Source: a virus
Taxonomy: Duplodnaviria; Caudoviricetes
Direction: 5' to 3' (one strand)
DNA length: 24,699 nt
Virus record (IMG/VR): IMGVR_UViG_3300050147_000044
Coordinates: 1 to 24,699 of that record
A program made the translations under genes and the position numbers. The stretch's first letter is position 1. Every line of letters starts with the position of its first letter. The notes below the pieces were generated by a model. The model made no database searches, had not been told where the DNA came from, and saw only the letters and a list, made by a program, of their open reading frames with translations. This document shows positions 7,514-15,716 of this stretch, in pieces.

Positions 7514-7824
7514 AGCTTGAACTCCTGTCGGTTGCGCGCCTGGTCTTCAACGAGCCGTTTCAGGCCCTCCAGATCGCCGGGGGTTGAGGCCATGGCGTTG
7601 CCCTCGGGGTCGTAGGCCATGTAGATGAAGCGCAGGCCCGCACCGATTTGAGCGGGCTGCAGCTGAACGAGTCGGATGTCATAGCCCGTGGCGCCAAGCT
7701 CCAGGCGGTTGCCTGGCATGGCAGCCCACTGGCTGTCGGGTCGAGCGCTTCTGCGTGCCCGTGAGCGTGCGCGCGCCACCAGTTGCTTGACGCGCACGAT
7801 CACGATCCAGGGGTATCGCCGCAT
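7510..7824 (-). CDS. Hypothetical phage protein, 104 aa
   Basis: GAAAGG upstream; GTGA overlap with the ParB start. Confidence 0.75.
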   Translation of the reverse strand: MRRYPWIVIVRVKQLVARARSRARRSARPDSQWAAMPGNRLELGATGYDIRLVQLQPAQIGAGLRFIYMAYDPEGNAMASTPGDLEGLKRLVEDQARNRQEFKL

Positions 7825-7835
7825 GGGGGCCTTTC

Positions 7836-8135
7836 TCAGTCGTCGTCGCGCTCGCCAGCGGCGAGGCGCTTGTGATCCATGGCAGGGGCCAGGGTGGGGG
7901 TGGGTGCCTGGTATGCGCGTGCCGGTGCGGGCGTGCGGCGGGCCTGCGTGCGCTGCCCGAGCGCAGCGGCTACGCTGGCGCGCCGTGCATGCCGGTAGGC
8001 TTCGAGCATCACAAAGCGGTGGCAGATCGGGTCTGCCATGGCTGCCTCATAGCCCTCGGGCCAGGTGCTGCGCTTGCGGCGCTCGTAAGCGGCGCGGCTT
8101 TGCTCTTCGCTGATCACGACTTTCCAGCAACCCAT
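7836..8135 (-). CDS. Hypothetical phage protein, 99 aa (MGCWKVV...DHKRLAAGERDDD)
   Basis: AAGGAG RBS before the ATG at 8135. Confidence 0.78.
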   Translation of the reverse strand: MGCWKVVISEEQSRAAYERRKRSTWPEGYEAAMADPICHRFVMLEAYRHARRASVAAALGQRTQARRTPAPARAYQAPTPTLAPAMDHKRLAAGERDDD

Positions 8136-8146
8136 GGCAATCTCCT

Positions 8147-8368
8147 TCAGGCAGTGGTGACGCCAGGCATCAACAAGTGCTTGGCCTCGGGGCCGCAAGC
8201 GCCGCCGAGATCGCGTAAGCTGCGCACGTCTCGGCTGGGTTCGCGGGCGAAATCGGGGCAGCTGCACAGCTGCCCATGTGTCGTGCAGCCGTGTGCACAC
8301 AGCTCGCAAGCGCGCAGACGCAATGGCACCAAGTGAATGCGCATCAAGCGCTCAATGGCGGGGCTCAT
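8147..8368 (-). CDS. Hypothetical Cys-rich protein, 73 aa
   Basis: GGAG RBS; CELCAHGC...CSC...CGPEA. Confidence 0.7.
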   Translation of the reverse strand: MSPAIERLMRIHLVPLRLRACELCAHGCTTHGQLCSCPDFAREPSRDVRSLRDLGGACGPEAKHLLMPGVTTA

Positions 8369-8549
8369 GGCGTGCGTTCTCCAAGGCGTAAAGCTCGGCG
8401 CGCAAGGCTGCAAGCTCGGCGCGCAACACAGCCAGCTGCACGGGCCCTTCAGCCAGGCATTCGCGCAGCATTTCTTCGTCCAGCTGGGCCCAGCGAATGC
8501 GTAGCCGCAGCAGCAGTGCGCGGCAACGGTGAGTGAGTTTGCTCAGCAT
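8352..8549 (-). CDS. Hypothetical helical protein, 65 aa
   Basis: GGGAG RBS; overlaps both neighbours in the operon. Confidence 0.65.
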   Translation of the reverse strand: MLSKLTHRCRALLLRLRIRWAQLDEEMLRECLAEGPVQLAVLRAELAALRAELYALENARHEPRH

Positions 8550-8809
8550 GGCCGCATCACTCCCATGTCGCCCTGCTGAGTCAGGCCCAGCTGCAGCCCG
8601 CCTCGTTCAGCCAGTTCGGTGTTCAAGGCCATGAACATGTCGGCCCGGTGCTCTTCACACGCCAGGTCTGACTCCAGCCGCTCAATACGCTGCATGGCGT
8701 CGTCAAGCTGCAGGCGCAAGGCCAGCGTGTGCTCGCGCAAGTGCTCAAGCTCCCACGTGTCCAGCTTGCGCTGCAGTGCGTTGAGTTCGCGCAGGCTCAT
8801 GGTGCTCAT
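8543..8809 (-). CDS. Hypothetical coiled-coil protein, 88 aa
   Basis: GGAGG RBS; heptad-like Leu spacing. Confidence 0.78.
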   Translation of the reverse strand: MSTMSLRELNALQRKLDTWELEHLREHTLALRLQLDDAMQRIERLESDLACEEHRADMFMALNTELAERGGLQLGLTQQGDMGVMRPC

Positions 8810-8958
8810 GACGGCCTCCGCTCAATGATCAGCACGACCAGGCGCGCATTGGGGTAGAGCAGGTCTACCTGGTGCTCCGCATCGCTGCGGCTGCTGAAGC
8901 GGGCGGGCAGGGCAATGCGCTCGCCTGCGCTGGTGATGACGGTGGCGCGGCACTGCAT
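8806..8958 (-). CDS. Small hypothetical protein, 50 aa (MQCRATVITSAGERIALP...), absent from the ORF track
   Basis: Manual translation; GGAGGTGA RBS; ATGA overlap at 8806-8809; fills the operon gap. Confidence 0.72.
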   Translation of the reverse strand: MQCRATVITSAGERIALPARFSSRSDAEHQVDLLYPNARLVVLIIERRPS

Positions 8959-8961
8959 GGC

Positions 8962-9336
8962 TCACCTCCAGTGCTGCACGGCCAGCCAGATGCTGCCCAC
9001 CAGGGCGCTGACTGCGATGCCGACCGTGCCGCCAAACAGCAAGCTGGCACCCCAGCCGGGTGCGATGTAGACGTCTTCGTCGGGTGCTGCGCCGCTGCCG
9101 TGGGGGGGCTCATCTACGGGCATGGTGTCGGCAAAGCCGTCATCAGCCGTGAACTCGATTGCCTTGATCGTGGACGACTCATGCAGTGCGCGCTCGGCGC
9201 GGCGCACTGCCAGCAGTGGCTCCACGCGTATGGCCTGCGGCACGAAGCCGCGGCCCTGGGTGAGTTGGGTGTCGATCAGGTAGCGGCCTGGCTCGCTTTG
9301 CCAGGCCACCTCGGCTTTGTGGATGATGTCTTGCAT
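8962..9336 (-). CDS. Hypothetical protein with C-terminal transmembrane helix, 124 aa
   Basis: GAGGTG RBS; hydrophobic LLFGGTVGIAVSALVGSIWLAV. Confidence 0.72.
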   Translation of the reverse strand: MQDIIHKAEVAWQSEPGRYLIDTQLTQGRGFVPQAIRVEPLLAVRRAERALHESSTIKAIEFTADDGFADTMPVDEPPHGSGAAPDEDVYIAPGWGASLLFGGTVGIAVSALVGSIWLAVQHWR

Positions 9337-9337
9337 C

Positions 9338-9526
9338 TCACACCTCGCCGATTCGTTCGACCAGGGCCTGCAAGCCATCTTCGGGGATTGCGGCGCGCCG
9401 GTCTGCGCCCATGACGGCGATCAGACTGTTGTGCAGATCCACCTCTGCGACAATCGCCCGCAGTTGCAGGGCAATGATTCCACGTGCAATGCCGTGGGTA
9501 ATGTTGACTTGATCTTCGTTGCTCAT
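9338..9526 (-). CDS. Hypothetical protein, 62 aa, first gene of the leftward early operon
   Basis: GAAGG RBS; directly downstream of the PL-like promoter. Confidence 0.7.
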   Translation of the reverse strand: MSNEDQVNITHGIARGIIALQLRAIVAEVDLHNSLIAVMGADRRAAIPEDGLQALVERIGEV

Positions 9527-9550
9527 GTGTGCCGCCTTCTGTTGCGTTTG

Positions 9551-9607
9551 GTAGTAGCGCGATGAATAGTAGCACTACGCAAAGATAGGCGGCAATAGTG
9601 GCGCAGC
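9551..9607 (-). promoter_or_regulatory. PL-like promoter with three 13-bp operator-like sites (OL)
   Basis: Minus strand TTGCCG-N18-TACTAT with TG extension. Sites GTAGTAGCGCGAT (9551), ATAGTAGCACTAC (9566), ATAGTGGCGCAGC (9595). Confidence 0.72.
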
Positions 9608-9616
9608 AAAAAGGGT

Positions 9617-9642
9617 AAAAAAAATCCCCGCATAGCGGGGAT
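9617..9642 (-). terminator. Rho-independent terminator after the moron gene
   Basis: ATCCCCGC-TAT-GCGGGGAT followed by a T run on the minus strand. Confidence 0.88.
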
Positions 9643-9659
9643 GGGGTGTTGCGTGAACG

Positions 9660-10094
9660 TCAGTTTGACAAGCGAGCCACCTGGTCAGATATCCACCGCT
9701 TCGCTTCGACGCGATCGGTGAACGCAGCCCTGAGCACGCCGGCCCTCAGCTGTAGGTGCGTGTAGCGGCTGGCGTCTGCCAGCAGCCGCTCGGGCACAAC
9801 GATGGCCGTTGGTATGTCCGCTGGCAGGCCCGACCGCACAACATCTGTGTAGATCGTGAGCAGATCCATCGCGGTCATGCTCGGGTCGCTCCGATCGTAA
9901 AACGCAATGGCGGCGAGCACGCTCGGTCGGTCTTGCGGTGGGATACCGTAAAACTTTTGGAGCCCGGCTATCACGCTCGCACTTGATGTTCTCCCACTGA
10001 ACTCGAAGTACGCGACCGACGCTTTGATGCTCAGCCGCACGTGTGTGCCTGGACTGCTCTCCTCAATGACTACCATTACTACCTCCTGAGCCAC
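9660..10094 (-). CDS. Moron-like hypothetical protein, possibly STAS/SEC14 (SpoIIAA-like) fold, up to 144 aa
   Basis: Flanked by terminators. PTAIVVP...AFTDRVEAKRWI resembles the STAS/SEC14 C-terminus. Start may be the ATG near 10076, which has CAGGAGGT upstream. Confidence 0.65.
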   Translation of the reverse strand: MAQEVVMVVIEESSPGTHVRLSIKASVAYFEFSGRTSSASVIAGLQKFYGIPPQDRPSVLAAIAFYDRSDPSMTAMDLLTIYTDVVRSGLPADIPTAIVVPERLLADASRYTHLQLRAGVLRAAFTDRVEAKRWISDQVARLSN

Positions 10095-10260
10095 TAGTGT
10101 TGTAGTGAGTGGGAGTGCTCGTCAATGGCTGCTGCGTGGCCGGTCGATAGCCCGCGATAGGCGCCAAGCGTGACGCGCGTCACACTTCGTGCTTCATACC
10201 TGCCTTGATCCGGTAGGAGTTGGCTTTTCGAAAGTGCAATTTGACGCAAATTTGAACCGC

Positions 10261-10284
10261 AAAAACCCCATGAATGCGGGGGTT
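10261..10284 (-). terminator. Probable terminator downstream of the repressor gene
   Basis: AACCCC-loop-GGGGTT followed by TTT on the minus strand, 17 nt after the repressor stop. Confidence 0.55.
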
Positions 10285-10301
10285 ACTGTGTCAAACGTTT
10301 G

Positions 10302-10883
10302 TCACTTTTCAGCTGCTTTGGCCGCTGCAATGGTTGAAATGCAGCGCACGAACACACGCAGCCTGGCGGGGTTTTTTGCTGACAGGGTGTCGAATTCAAG
10401 GGCCAGCTCCAGCGCCTCTTTGGACAGCTTGGTACGGTCAACGGCACTCAGCAACGCCTCACGGCGAGCGCGTGCATCTTCAATGTCGGCGTCGGGGGCC
10501 GTGTCCACATCAATGCCTGCAGCAGCGAGCGAGTAGGCGATGGGGCCAGGCGATTCTGCCCGCGGCTGGGCCCGGTGTTCGCCATCGGCTGTTGGGGAGG
10601 TGTGCACACCTGCGCGCTTGGCCTGGGCTGCCCAGTAGGGCGAAAAGTCGGCAATGTCACAACCCAGTGCTCGGGCAAACGAAATGGCGGTTTCCAGGCT
10701 GAGCTTATTGATGCCGTTCAAGTAGTGGCTGAGGTTGCCTGCGCTCTTGAACCCATGCGCTGCCGCGAAGGTCTTCCGGTCGAAACCCTCAGTTGCCTCG
10801 CGTCCGCTGTAAATGCTCTTCAGGCGCTTGGAGTCGCCTTCCTTGTCATACCTCATCTCATCGATGGTATCGACTGGCGCCAT
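10302..10883 (-). CDS. cI: cI-like phage repressor (XRE HTH), about 193 aa, no S24 peptidase domain apparent
   Basis: NLSHYLNGINKLSLETAISFARALGCDIADFSP resembles the lambda cI N-domain; divergent from cro; start is 10883 or about 10856. Confidence 0.85.
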   Translation of the reverse strand: MAPVDTIDEMRYDKEGDSKRLKSIYSGREATEGFDRKTFAAAHGFKSAGNLSHYLNGINKLSLETAISFARALGCDIADFSPYWAAQAKRAGVHTSPTADGEHRAQPRAESPGPIAYSLAAAGIDVDTAPDADIEDARARREALLSAVDRTKLSKEALELALEFDTLSAKNPARLRVFVRCISTIAAAKAAEK

Positions 10884-10967
10884 AGCAACACTACTGTTTT
10901 GTATCGCGCTACCCCCTTCAGAACGTGTAGTATCGCTATTGTCTTTAGGTGGTAGTGACGCTACACT
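10882..10967. promoter_or_regulatory. OR-like operator cluster and PR-like promoter
   Basis: Sites ATAGCAACACTAC (10882), ATCGCGCTACCCC (10903, degenerate), GTAGTATCGCTAT (10927), GTAGTGACGCTAC (10952). Plus strand TTGTCT (10939)-N17-TACACT (10962). Confidence 0.78.
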
Positions 10968-10974
10968 ATTTTTC

Positions 10975-11298
10975 ATGACTGATCCTCTGTCGACATTCAA
11001 ACGCGCTCGTGACCTGCTTGGTGGCACCGGTAAAACGGCATCTGCTCTAGGCGTAACCGGCGACGCAGTGCGCAAGGCCGCAAGCGGAAGCATGGCGATC
11101 CCGACCGAATGGGCGGTCTTCTTCGACTTTACCACTAGCGGCACTATTGCTGCGGAAGAGCTGGTTCCCCGGGTGCGATGGGCTCGTATGCCCGATGCGA
11201 CCTGGCCGGCTCCGGCAGGTCGTCCGGTGGTCTTGCACGACGAGCTTGTATGCAGGTCGCGTGAGGCCTTGGGCGTTTTGCTTGCTGCGGTGGCGTGA
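10975..11298 (+). CDS. cro: Cro/YdaS-like HTH regulator, 107 aa
   Basis: ARDLLGGTGKTASALGVTGDAVRK...TSGTIAAEELVPRVRW; divergent from cI. Confidence 0.82.
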   Translation: MTDPLSTFKRARDLLGGTGKTASALGVTGDAVRKAASGSMAIPTEWAVFFDFTTSGTIAAEELVPRVRWARMPDATWPAPAGRPVVLHDELVCRSREALGVLLAAVA

Positions 11299-11342
11299 GC
11301 GCCGCATGTTTCTGGGAGGAAACACCTCATGAAATCCAGGCA

Positions 11343-11570
11343 TTACGACCGCGCCCCCTTGAAGGCCTTGCCCAGCATGCCTACGCCCTTGGCCAAGTCG
11401 TCAAGCATCACGACAGCCTCAGGCGTCAGGGCATCGTTCTTGGCAGATGCGGCAAGCAGCTCGGACAGCTCACCGAAGTCAACCCGGGCTGCTGTGGCCA
11501 GCGCAACGGTGAGCGAGCGCAGTGTCTGCTGGACAGCATTGATGGTGTGTGGATCGGTAGTCGGGCTCAT
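11343..11570 (-). CDS. Small hypothetical helical protein, 75 aa, inverted between cro and cII
   Basis: AAGGA RBS before the ATG at 11570; fits the cro-cII gap without overlap. Confidence 0.62.
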   Translation of the reverse strand: MSPTTDPHTINAVQQTLRSLTVALATAARVDFGELSELLAASAKNDALTPEAVVMLDDLAKGVGMLGKAFKGARS

Positions 11571-11657
11571 TTTGAATCCTTGGCTCTTGCTTCGTTCGAT
11601 AGCGTCTCTATTACTGTGCCACGGCTGCTTTCGTCTTGGGCGGGTTTGGGTGACGCA

Positions 11658-11963
11658 ATGACTGCAGTGTTGCCCGCAAGCGTTGAAAGAGCACGCAAGA
11701 CGTATCTCACCGTCTTGCAGCGCCTGCAAGAGCCTGGAACTGCCACTGCTGTGGCTGTGGCCATGGGCTCGTCAGAGTCCACGATCAGCAGGCTGAAGAA
11801 CGAGCACATGGAGACCCTGTGCGCCGTCATTGCTCACTTGGGTCTCAAGGTCGTGCCGGTCGAAATGCAGTGTTTCAAGCCTGAGATGGTGCAGGCGCTG
11901 CTGACTGTCTCTAAGGCTCACCTGGACACCATACAAAAGGTCGACCAGCTCAGCTGGGAGTGA
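11658..11963 (+). CDS. cII: CII-family transcriptional regulator, 101 aa
   Basis: VAVAMGSSESTISRLK...LGLKVVP motif as in lambdoid CII; lies downstream of cro. Confidence 0.8.
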   Translation: MTAVLPASVERARKTYLTVLQRLQEPGTATAVAVAMGSSESTISRLKNEHMETLCAVIAHLGLKVVPVEMQCFKPEMVQALLTVSKAHLDTIQKVDQLSWE

Positions 11964-11984
11964 CCGACATGCATATGGAGACAC

Positions 11985-14531
11985 ATGGCTAACAGCCTCG
12001 AAGATGTTGCCGAGCAGATGCGTGGCGTCGGCCTGTCGCCACCCAAGGACCTGAGCAAGGCCTTGGGTGGCTATGTGCGCTGGAAGCCTGATGCTGAGCG
12101 GCGCGCGAAGAAGAACGCATGGGTACGCCTGTTCGAGTGGTCAAGCCCCACCACCAGCCGCACTTACATCACAGGTGCATATGGGTGGGCCTCATCACAA
12201 TGGCTGGTCGAGTCGGCCACGAAGGACTGGTCACCCGAGGAGCGCAGCGCCGAGCTGGCCGCGCGCAAAGAGGCTGAGAAGGCTGCGCGCGAACTGCGCG
12301 AGCAAGACGCCGCCACCGCTGCCGCAAAGGCAGCGCGCATGTGGAGCAAGGGCAGGGCAGCTGAGCAAGGCCCGCTGCACCCTTACCTGGAGCGCAAAAA
12401 GGTAGGCGCCTTTGACCTGCGCGTGGGCTATGGCAACAAGTTGCTGGTGCCCATGCGCGACACCGAAGGCAAGCTGCACGGCCTGCAATACATCAGCGAC
12501 GAAGGCGACAAGATCTTCGGCACAGGCACCGCCAAAGAGGGCAAGTTTCACCTGGTCGGCAACGTGGTCGAGGGTGTGCCCATCGGCTTTGCAGAGGGCT
12601 ACGCCACGGCCGCATCAGCCCACATGGCAACCGGCTGGCCCGTGGTGGCCTGCTTTGATGCGGGCAACCTTGACCCCGTGGTCACGGCCTGGCGCAAGCT
12701 CTACCCAGACCACCAGTTCGTCATGCTCGGTGATGATGACCGGCATCTCATGCCGCGACTCATTGATCGCCTGCTCGACCTGGGCATCCATGCCACGGCC
12801 AGCGAGCTGGCCAAGCTGGGCGAGCATGAGTGGATCGTGCCGCCCGACACGAAAGTGGTACTCAAGGCCGGGTGGTCGAAAGACGGCGGCGGTGTGCCAT
12901 TGATCGCCGGCCACATCGTGGTCGATGGCATGCCCCGCATGCTCAAGCTCGAAAACGCGGGGCGAAGTCGAGCGACTGCGGCGGCCCGCAAAGTCAAGGG
13001 GGTAGCGGCATTCCCCGCCTTCCCTGACGCAGCATCCAAAGGCAGCGACTGGAACGACCTGCAGGCCGAGATCGGGCTGGAGGCCGTGCGCAAGCAGATC
13101 CTGGCCGCGATCGAGGTGCCCCCCGGCGAAAAAACGCGCGCGACGGATACCCCGCAGGGCGGCGGCAAAAAAGCGGAGGGCGTGCAGGATTGGACCTTCC
13201 TGGAGCGCTTCACGCTCATCTACGGAACGACCACGGTGTGGGATGCGCAAGAGCGCGCCATCATCCGGCTGGAGTCCATGAAAGCCGCGTTCGGCAAGAC
13301 GGTGGACTGGTGGCTCGGCCACGGCGAGCGGCGCATGGTGTCGCAGGCCAATGTGATCTTTGACCCCACGGGCCGCATCGCCAAGCCCGACACACACGTC
13401 AATCTCTTCGACGCGCTGCCCATTGACACCGAGAGGCCCGGCGAGTGTGACCTGATCATCAAGCACCTCTTCAACCTGTGCGGCGAAGACGACCGGCTGT
13501 TCAACTGGGTCACCAGTTGGCTGGCCTACCCGCTCAAGCACCTGGGCACAAAGATGCGCACATCGCTCATCGTGCATGGCAGGCAAGAGGGCACAGGCAA
13601 GAGCCTGATGATGGACATCATGCGGCGCATCTATGGCCGCTACAGCCGGTCCATCACGCAAACGCAGCTGCAATCGGAGTTCAACGGCTGGCAGTCAGGC
13701 ATGCTGTTCTGCGTGGCCGAAGAGGTGGTCTCAGCGTCTGAGCGCAAGAACCTCAAGAACCTCATTCAGAACATGATCACGAATGAGGTCATCCAGATCA
13801 ACGAGAAGAACATGCCGGTGCGCGAAGAAGCCAGCTATGCCAACTTCGTGTTCCTCTCAAACGAGCAGCTGCCCATGCTGCTCAACGAAACAGACCGGCG
13901 CTACACCGTCATCCAGGTCGAGCAAAAGCACGACCTGGGCTACTTCAAAGCCATCGGCGAGCAGATGGACAACGGGGGTGTCGAGGCTTTCTACCGCTGG
14001 CTGATCGCTCACGATCTGGGGGAGTTCACCCTCTACACCTTGCCCTTCGAGACCAAGGCCCGATTGCACCTGATCACGCTGGGCATGAGTCCAGACCAGC
14101 GCTTCATGCTGTTCTGGTCCAAAGGGCTGGCAGGCCTGCCGTTCGTGTCGGCGCCGGCCAGGGATCTCTACACCGGCTTTCGATGTTGGTGCCGCATCAA
14201 TGGTGAGCGCTTCATCGCGTCCAGCACGCAGTTTGGCCGCACGGCCAGCGAGTTCCTGGACCGCATGGGGGCGCCACCGAAGAAGCCCATGCGCTTCGAT
14301 GCATACAGCGCCACCCAGGTGGACAAGGGCGACTGGGATCTCACCAGCAGCCAGCAAGGCGTCGTGTATTTCGTGCCGGCTGCGCTTCAGCGGCTGGCGC
14401 CTGGTGCAGATGTCGCCGATGGCGAGGCGGCGCTGGAAGACGTGCGGGATGCCGACGTCTACAACCGGCGCATCAAGCAGTTCCAGACCAAGCTCCACGA
14501 CCTGGTCGATCACGCGCGGAGGGCTTTCTGA
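11985..14531 (+). CDS. Primase-helicase fusion (TOPRIM primase + SF3/DUF5906-like helicase), 848 aa
   Basis: TOPRIM motifs EGYATA, FDAGNL, GDDD, DWND; Walker A GRQEGTGKS, Walker B VAEE, FLSN, DRRY; GGAG RBS. Confidence 0.92.
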   Translation: MANSLEDVAEQMRGVGLSPPKDLSKALGGYVRWKPDAERRAKKNAWVRLFEWSSPTTSRTYITGAYGWASSQWLVESATKDWSPEERSAELAARKEAEKAARELREQDAATAAAKAARMWSKGRAAEQGPLHPYLERKKVGAFDLRVGYGNKLLVPMRDTEGKLHGLQYISDEGDKIFGTGTAKEGKFHLVGNVVEGVPIGFAEGYATAASAHMATGWPVVACFDAGNLDPVVTAWRKLYPDHQFVMLGDDDRHLMPRLIDRLLDLGIHATASELAKLGEHEWIVPPDTKVVLKAGWSKDGGGVPLIAGHIVVDGMPRMLKLENAGRSRATAAARKVKGVAAFPAFPDAASKGSDWNDLQAEIGLEAVRKQILAAIEVPPGEKTRATDTPQGGGKKAEGVQDWTFLERFTLIYGTTTVWDAQERAIIRLESMKAAFGKTVDWWLGHGERRMVSQANVIFDPTGRIAKPDTHVNLFDALPIDTERPGECDLIIKHLFNLCGEDDRLFNWVTSWLAYPLKHLGTKMRTSLIVHGRQEGTGKSLMMDIMRRIYGRYSRSITQTQLQSEFNGWQSGMLFCVAEEVVSASERKNLKNLIQNMITNEVIQINEKNMPVREEASYANFVFLSNEQLPMLLNETDRRYTVIQVEQKHDLGYFKAIGEQMDNGGVEAFYRWLIAHDLGEFTLYTLPFETKARLHLITLGMSPDQRFMLFWSKGLAGLPFVSAPARDLYTGFRCWCRINGERFIASSTQFGRTASEFLDRMGAPPKKPMRFDAYSATQVDKGDWDLTSSQQGVVYFVPAALQRLAPGADVADGEAALEDVRDADVYNRRIKQFQTKLHDLVDHARRAF

Positions 14532-14538
14532 TGCTGCC

Positions 14539-14844
14539 GTGTGAACAGTGGGAAATTCAAAACGCCCCTACCCATCCCGCTGCAGGCCGCGTATTCATTG
14601 GCATTGCGCGGTTTGTGAAGGGTGTGAAGGGTTATTTGTGTCCCACATGCGGGCGCGTGTGTGTGCGCGTGAGTCTCATGCAGGCGCATGCACCCACAAA
14701 CACACACACACGGTGTCAATGTGTGGCTCTCGCGTGTGGGTTCTTTTTAACTATTCACACCCTTCCCAAAAAGAGGAAAGCCTTATTTCATGGGCCTTAC
14801 AGCGGGATGGGTCGAACGTTGCCGGGTTTCACACCCTTCCCAAA
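14539..14844. other. Candidate replication origin with opposed iteron-like repeats
   Basis: TTTGTGAAGGGTGTGAA (14612-14628), inverted copies TTCACACCCTTCCCAAA (14754-14770, 14828-14844), degenerate copy at 14539, central GT/CA alternating tracts. Confidence 0.62.
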
Positions 14845-14862
14845 ACTGAGCGGAGGCACGAC

Positions 14863-15669
14863 ATGCTGAGGATCAATGCCAAAGCCATCATGGATGACGC
14901 CTTGCGCGCCCTGGATGGGGCGCAAAAGCAAGTGGCCTTTGCCATGGCCAAGGCCATGACGGACACGATCAAGGACGTGCGAGATGCGGAAGTGGCCGAG
15001 ATGCGCAAGGTGTTCCTGGCCCCCACGCCCTACACCTTGCGCAGCCTGTACATCCGGCCTGCGACCAAGGCCAGGCTTGAAGCGGTGGCGTGGCTCAAGG
15101 ACAGCGCACGGCCCACGCACTACCTGCTGCCACAGATCGAGGGCGGTAGCCGGGGCCTCAAGCGCTTCGAGCAGCGCATGGTGATGCATGGCCTCATGCG
15201 CGCTGATCAGCGCGCGGTGCCTGCAGCAGGCGCCAAGATGGACGCCTACGGCAACATGAGCCGGGGCCAGATCGTGCAGATCCTCAGCCAGCTTCGGACT
15301 GCGGTGGTGCAGGGCGACTACAGCAACGCCAGCAACAGCAAACGCAGCCGGGCCAAGCGTCAGGCCATGACGTACTTCGTGAGCCATGGCAAGGGCAGCA
15401 TGCGCTACGGTTATCAGGGCAGGCGTGGCAGGGGGCTCATGTACGAGCAGCACCTGCCTGCTGGTGTGTGGGCCCGCTATCAGTTCGCGTGGGGCTCATC
15501 AGTCAAGCCTGTCCTGCTGTTCGTGGGCCACACGCGCTATGCCAAGCGCCTGGACTTCTACGGCATTGCAGAGCGTGTGATCACAGCGCGACTGCCAGTG
15601 CACTTGAGTGCATCAGTCAGCCTGGCACTGAGCACGGCAGGGCTCAGCCATCGGGGGGCGGTGCTGTGA
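14863..15669 (+). CDS. Basic phage protein upstream of terminase, possibly gpZ-like tail completion protein, 268 aa
   Basis: GGAGG RBS before the ATG at 14863; KQVAFAMAKAMTDT...PTPYTL; the family assignment is inference. Confidence 0.7.
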   Translation: MLRINAKAIMDDALRALDGAQKQVAFAMAKAMTDTIKDVRDAEVAEMRKVFLAPTPYTLRSLYIRPATKARLEAVAWLKDSARPTHYLLPQIEGGSRGLKRFEQRMVMHGLMRADQRAVPAAGAKMDAYGNMSRGQIVQILSQLRTAVVQGDYSNASNSKRSRAKRQAMTYFVSHGKGSMRYGYQGRRGRGLMYEQHLPAGVWARYQFAWGSSVKPVLLFVGHTRYAKRLDFYGIAERVITARLPVHLSASVSLALSTAGLSHRGAVL

Positions 15670-15716
15670 TGGCCCGCCAGCGGATCAGGGCATGGGGCAC
15701 CGCCTTGGTGCGGCCA

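Noticed and set aside
10095-10107. CTAGTGTTGTAGT as an eighth operator
   Set aside because: Only one half matches the RTAG-N5-CTAY consensus
10884-11330. N-terminal extension making the repressor 342 aa
   Set aside because: It overlaps cro and the operator region on the opposite strand; the HTH begins after 10883
11295-11657. N-terminal extension making cII 222 aa
   Set aside because: CII similarity starts at 11658 and the extension is antisense to the 75-aa gene
12615-13673. Long antisense ORFs here and at 5915-6790, 19162-19929 and 19930-20718, checked as a hidden portal or integrase
   Set aside because: They look like shadow frames of GC-rich genes and show no portal or tyrosine-recombinase motifs
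14531-14869. 112-aa ORF and the 14548 extension across the repeat region
   Set aside because: The translations mirror the DNA repeats (VCVRV, HTHT); a strong RBS marks 14863 as the real start
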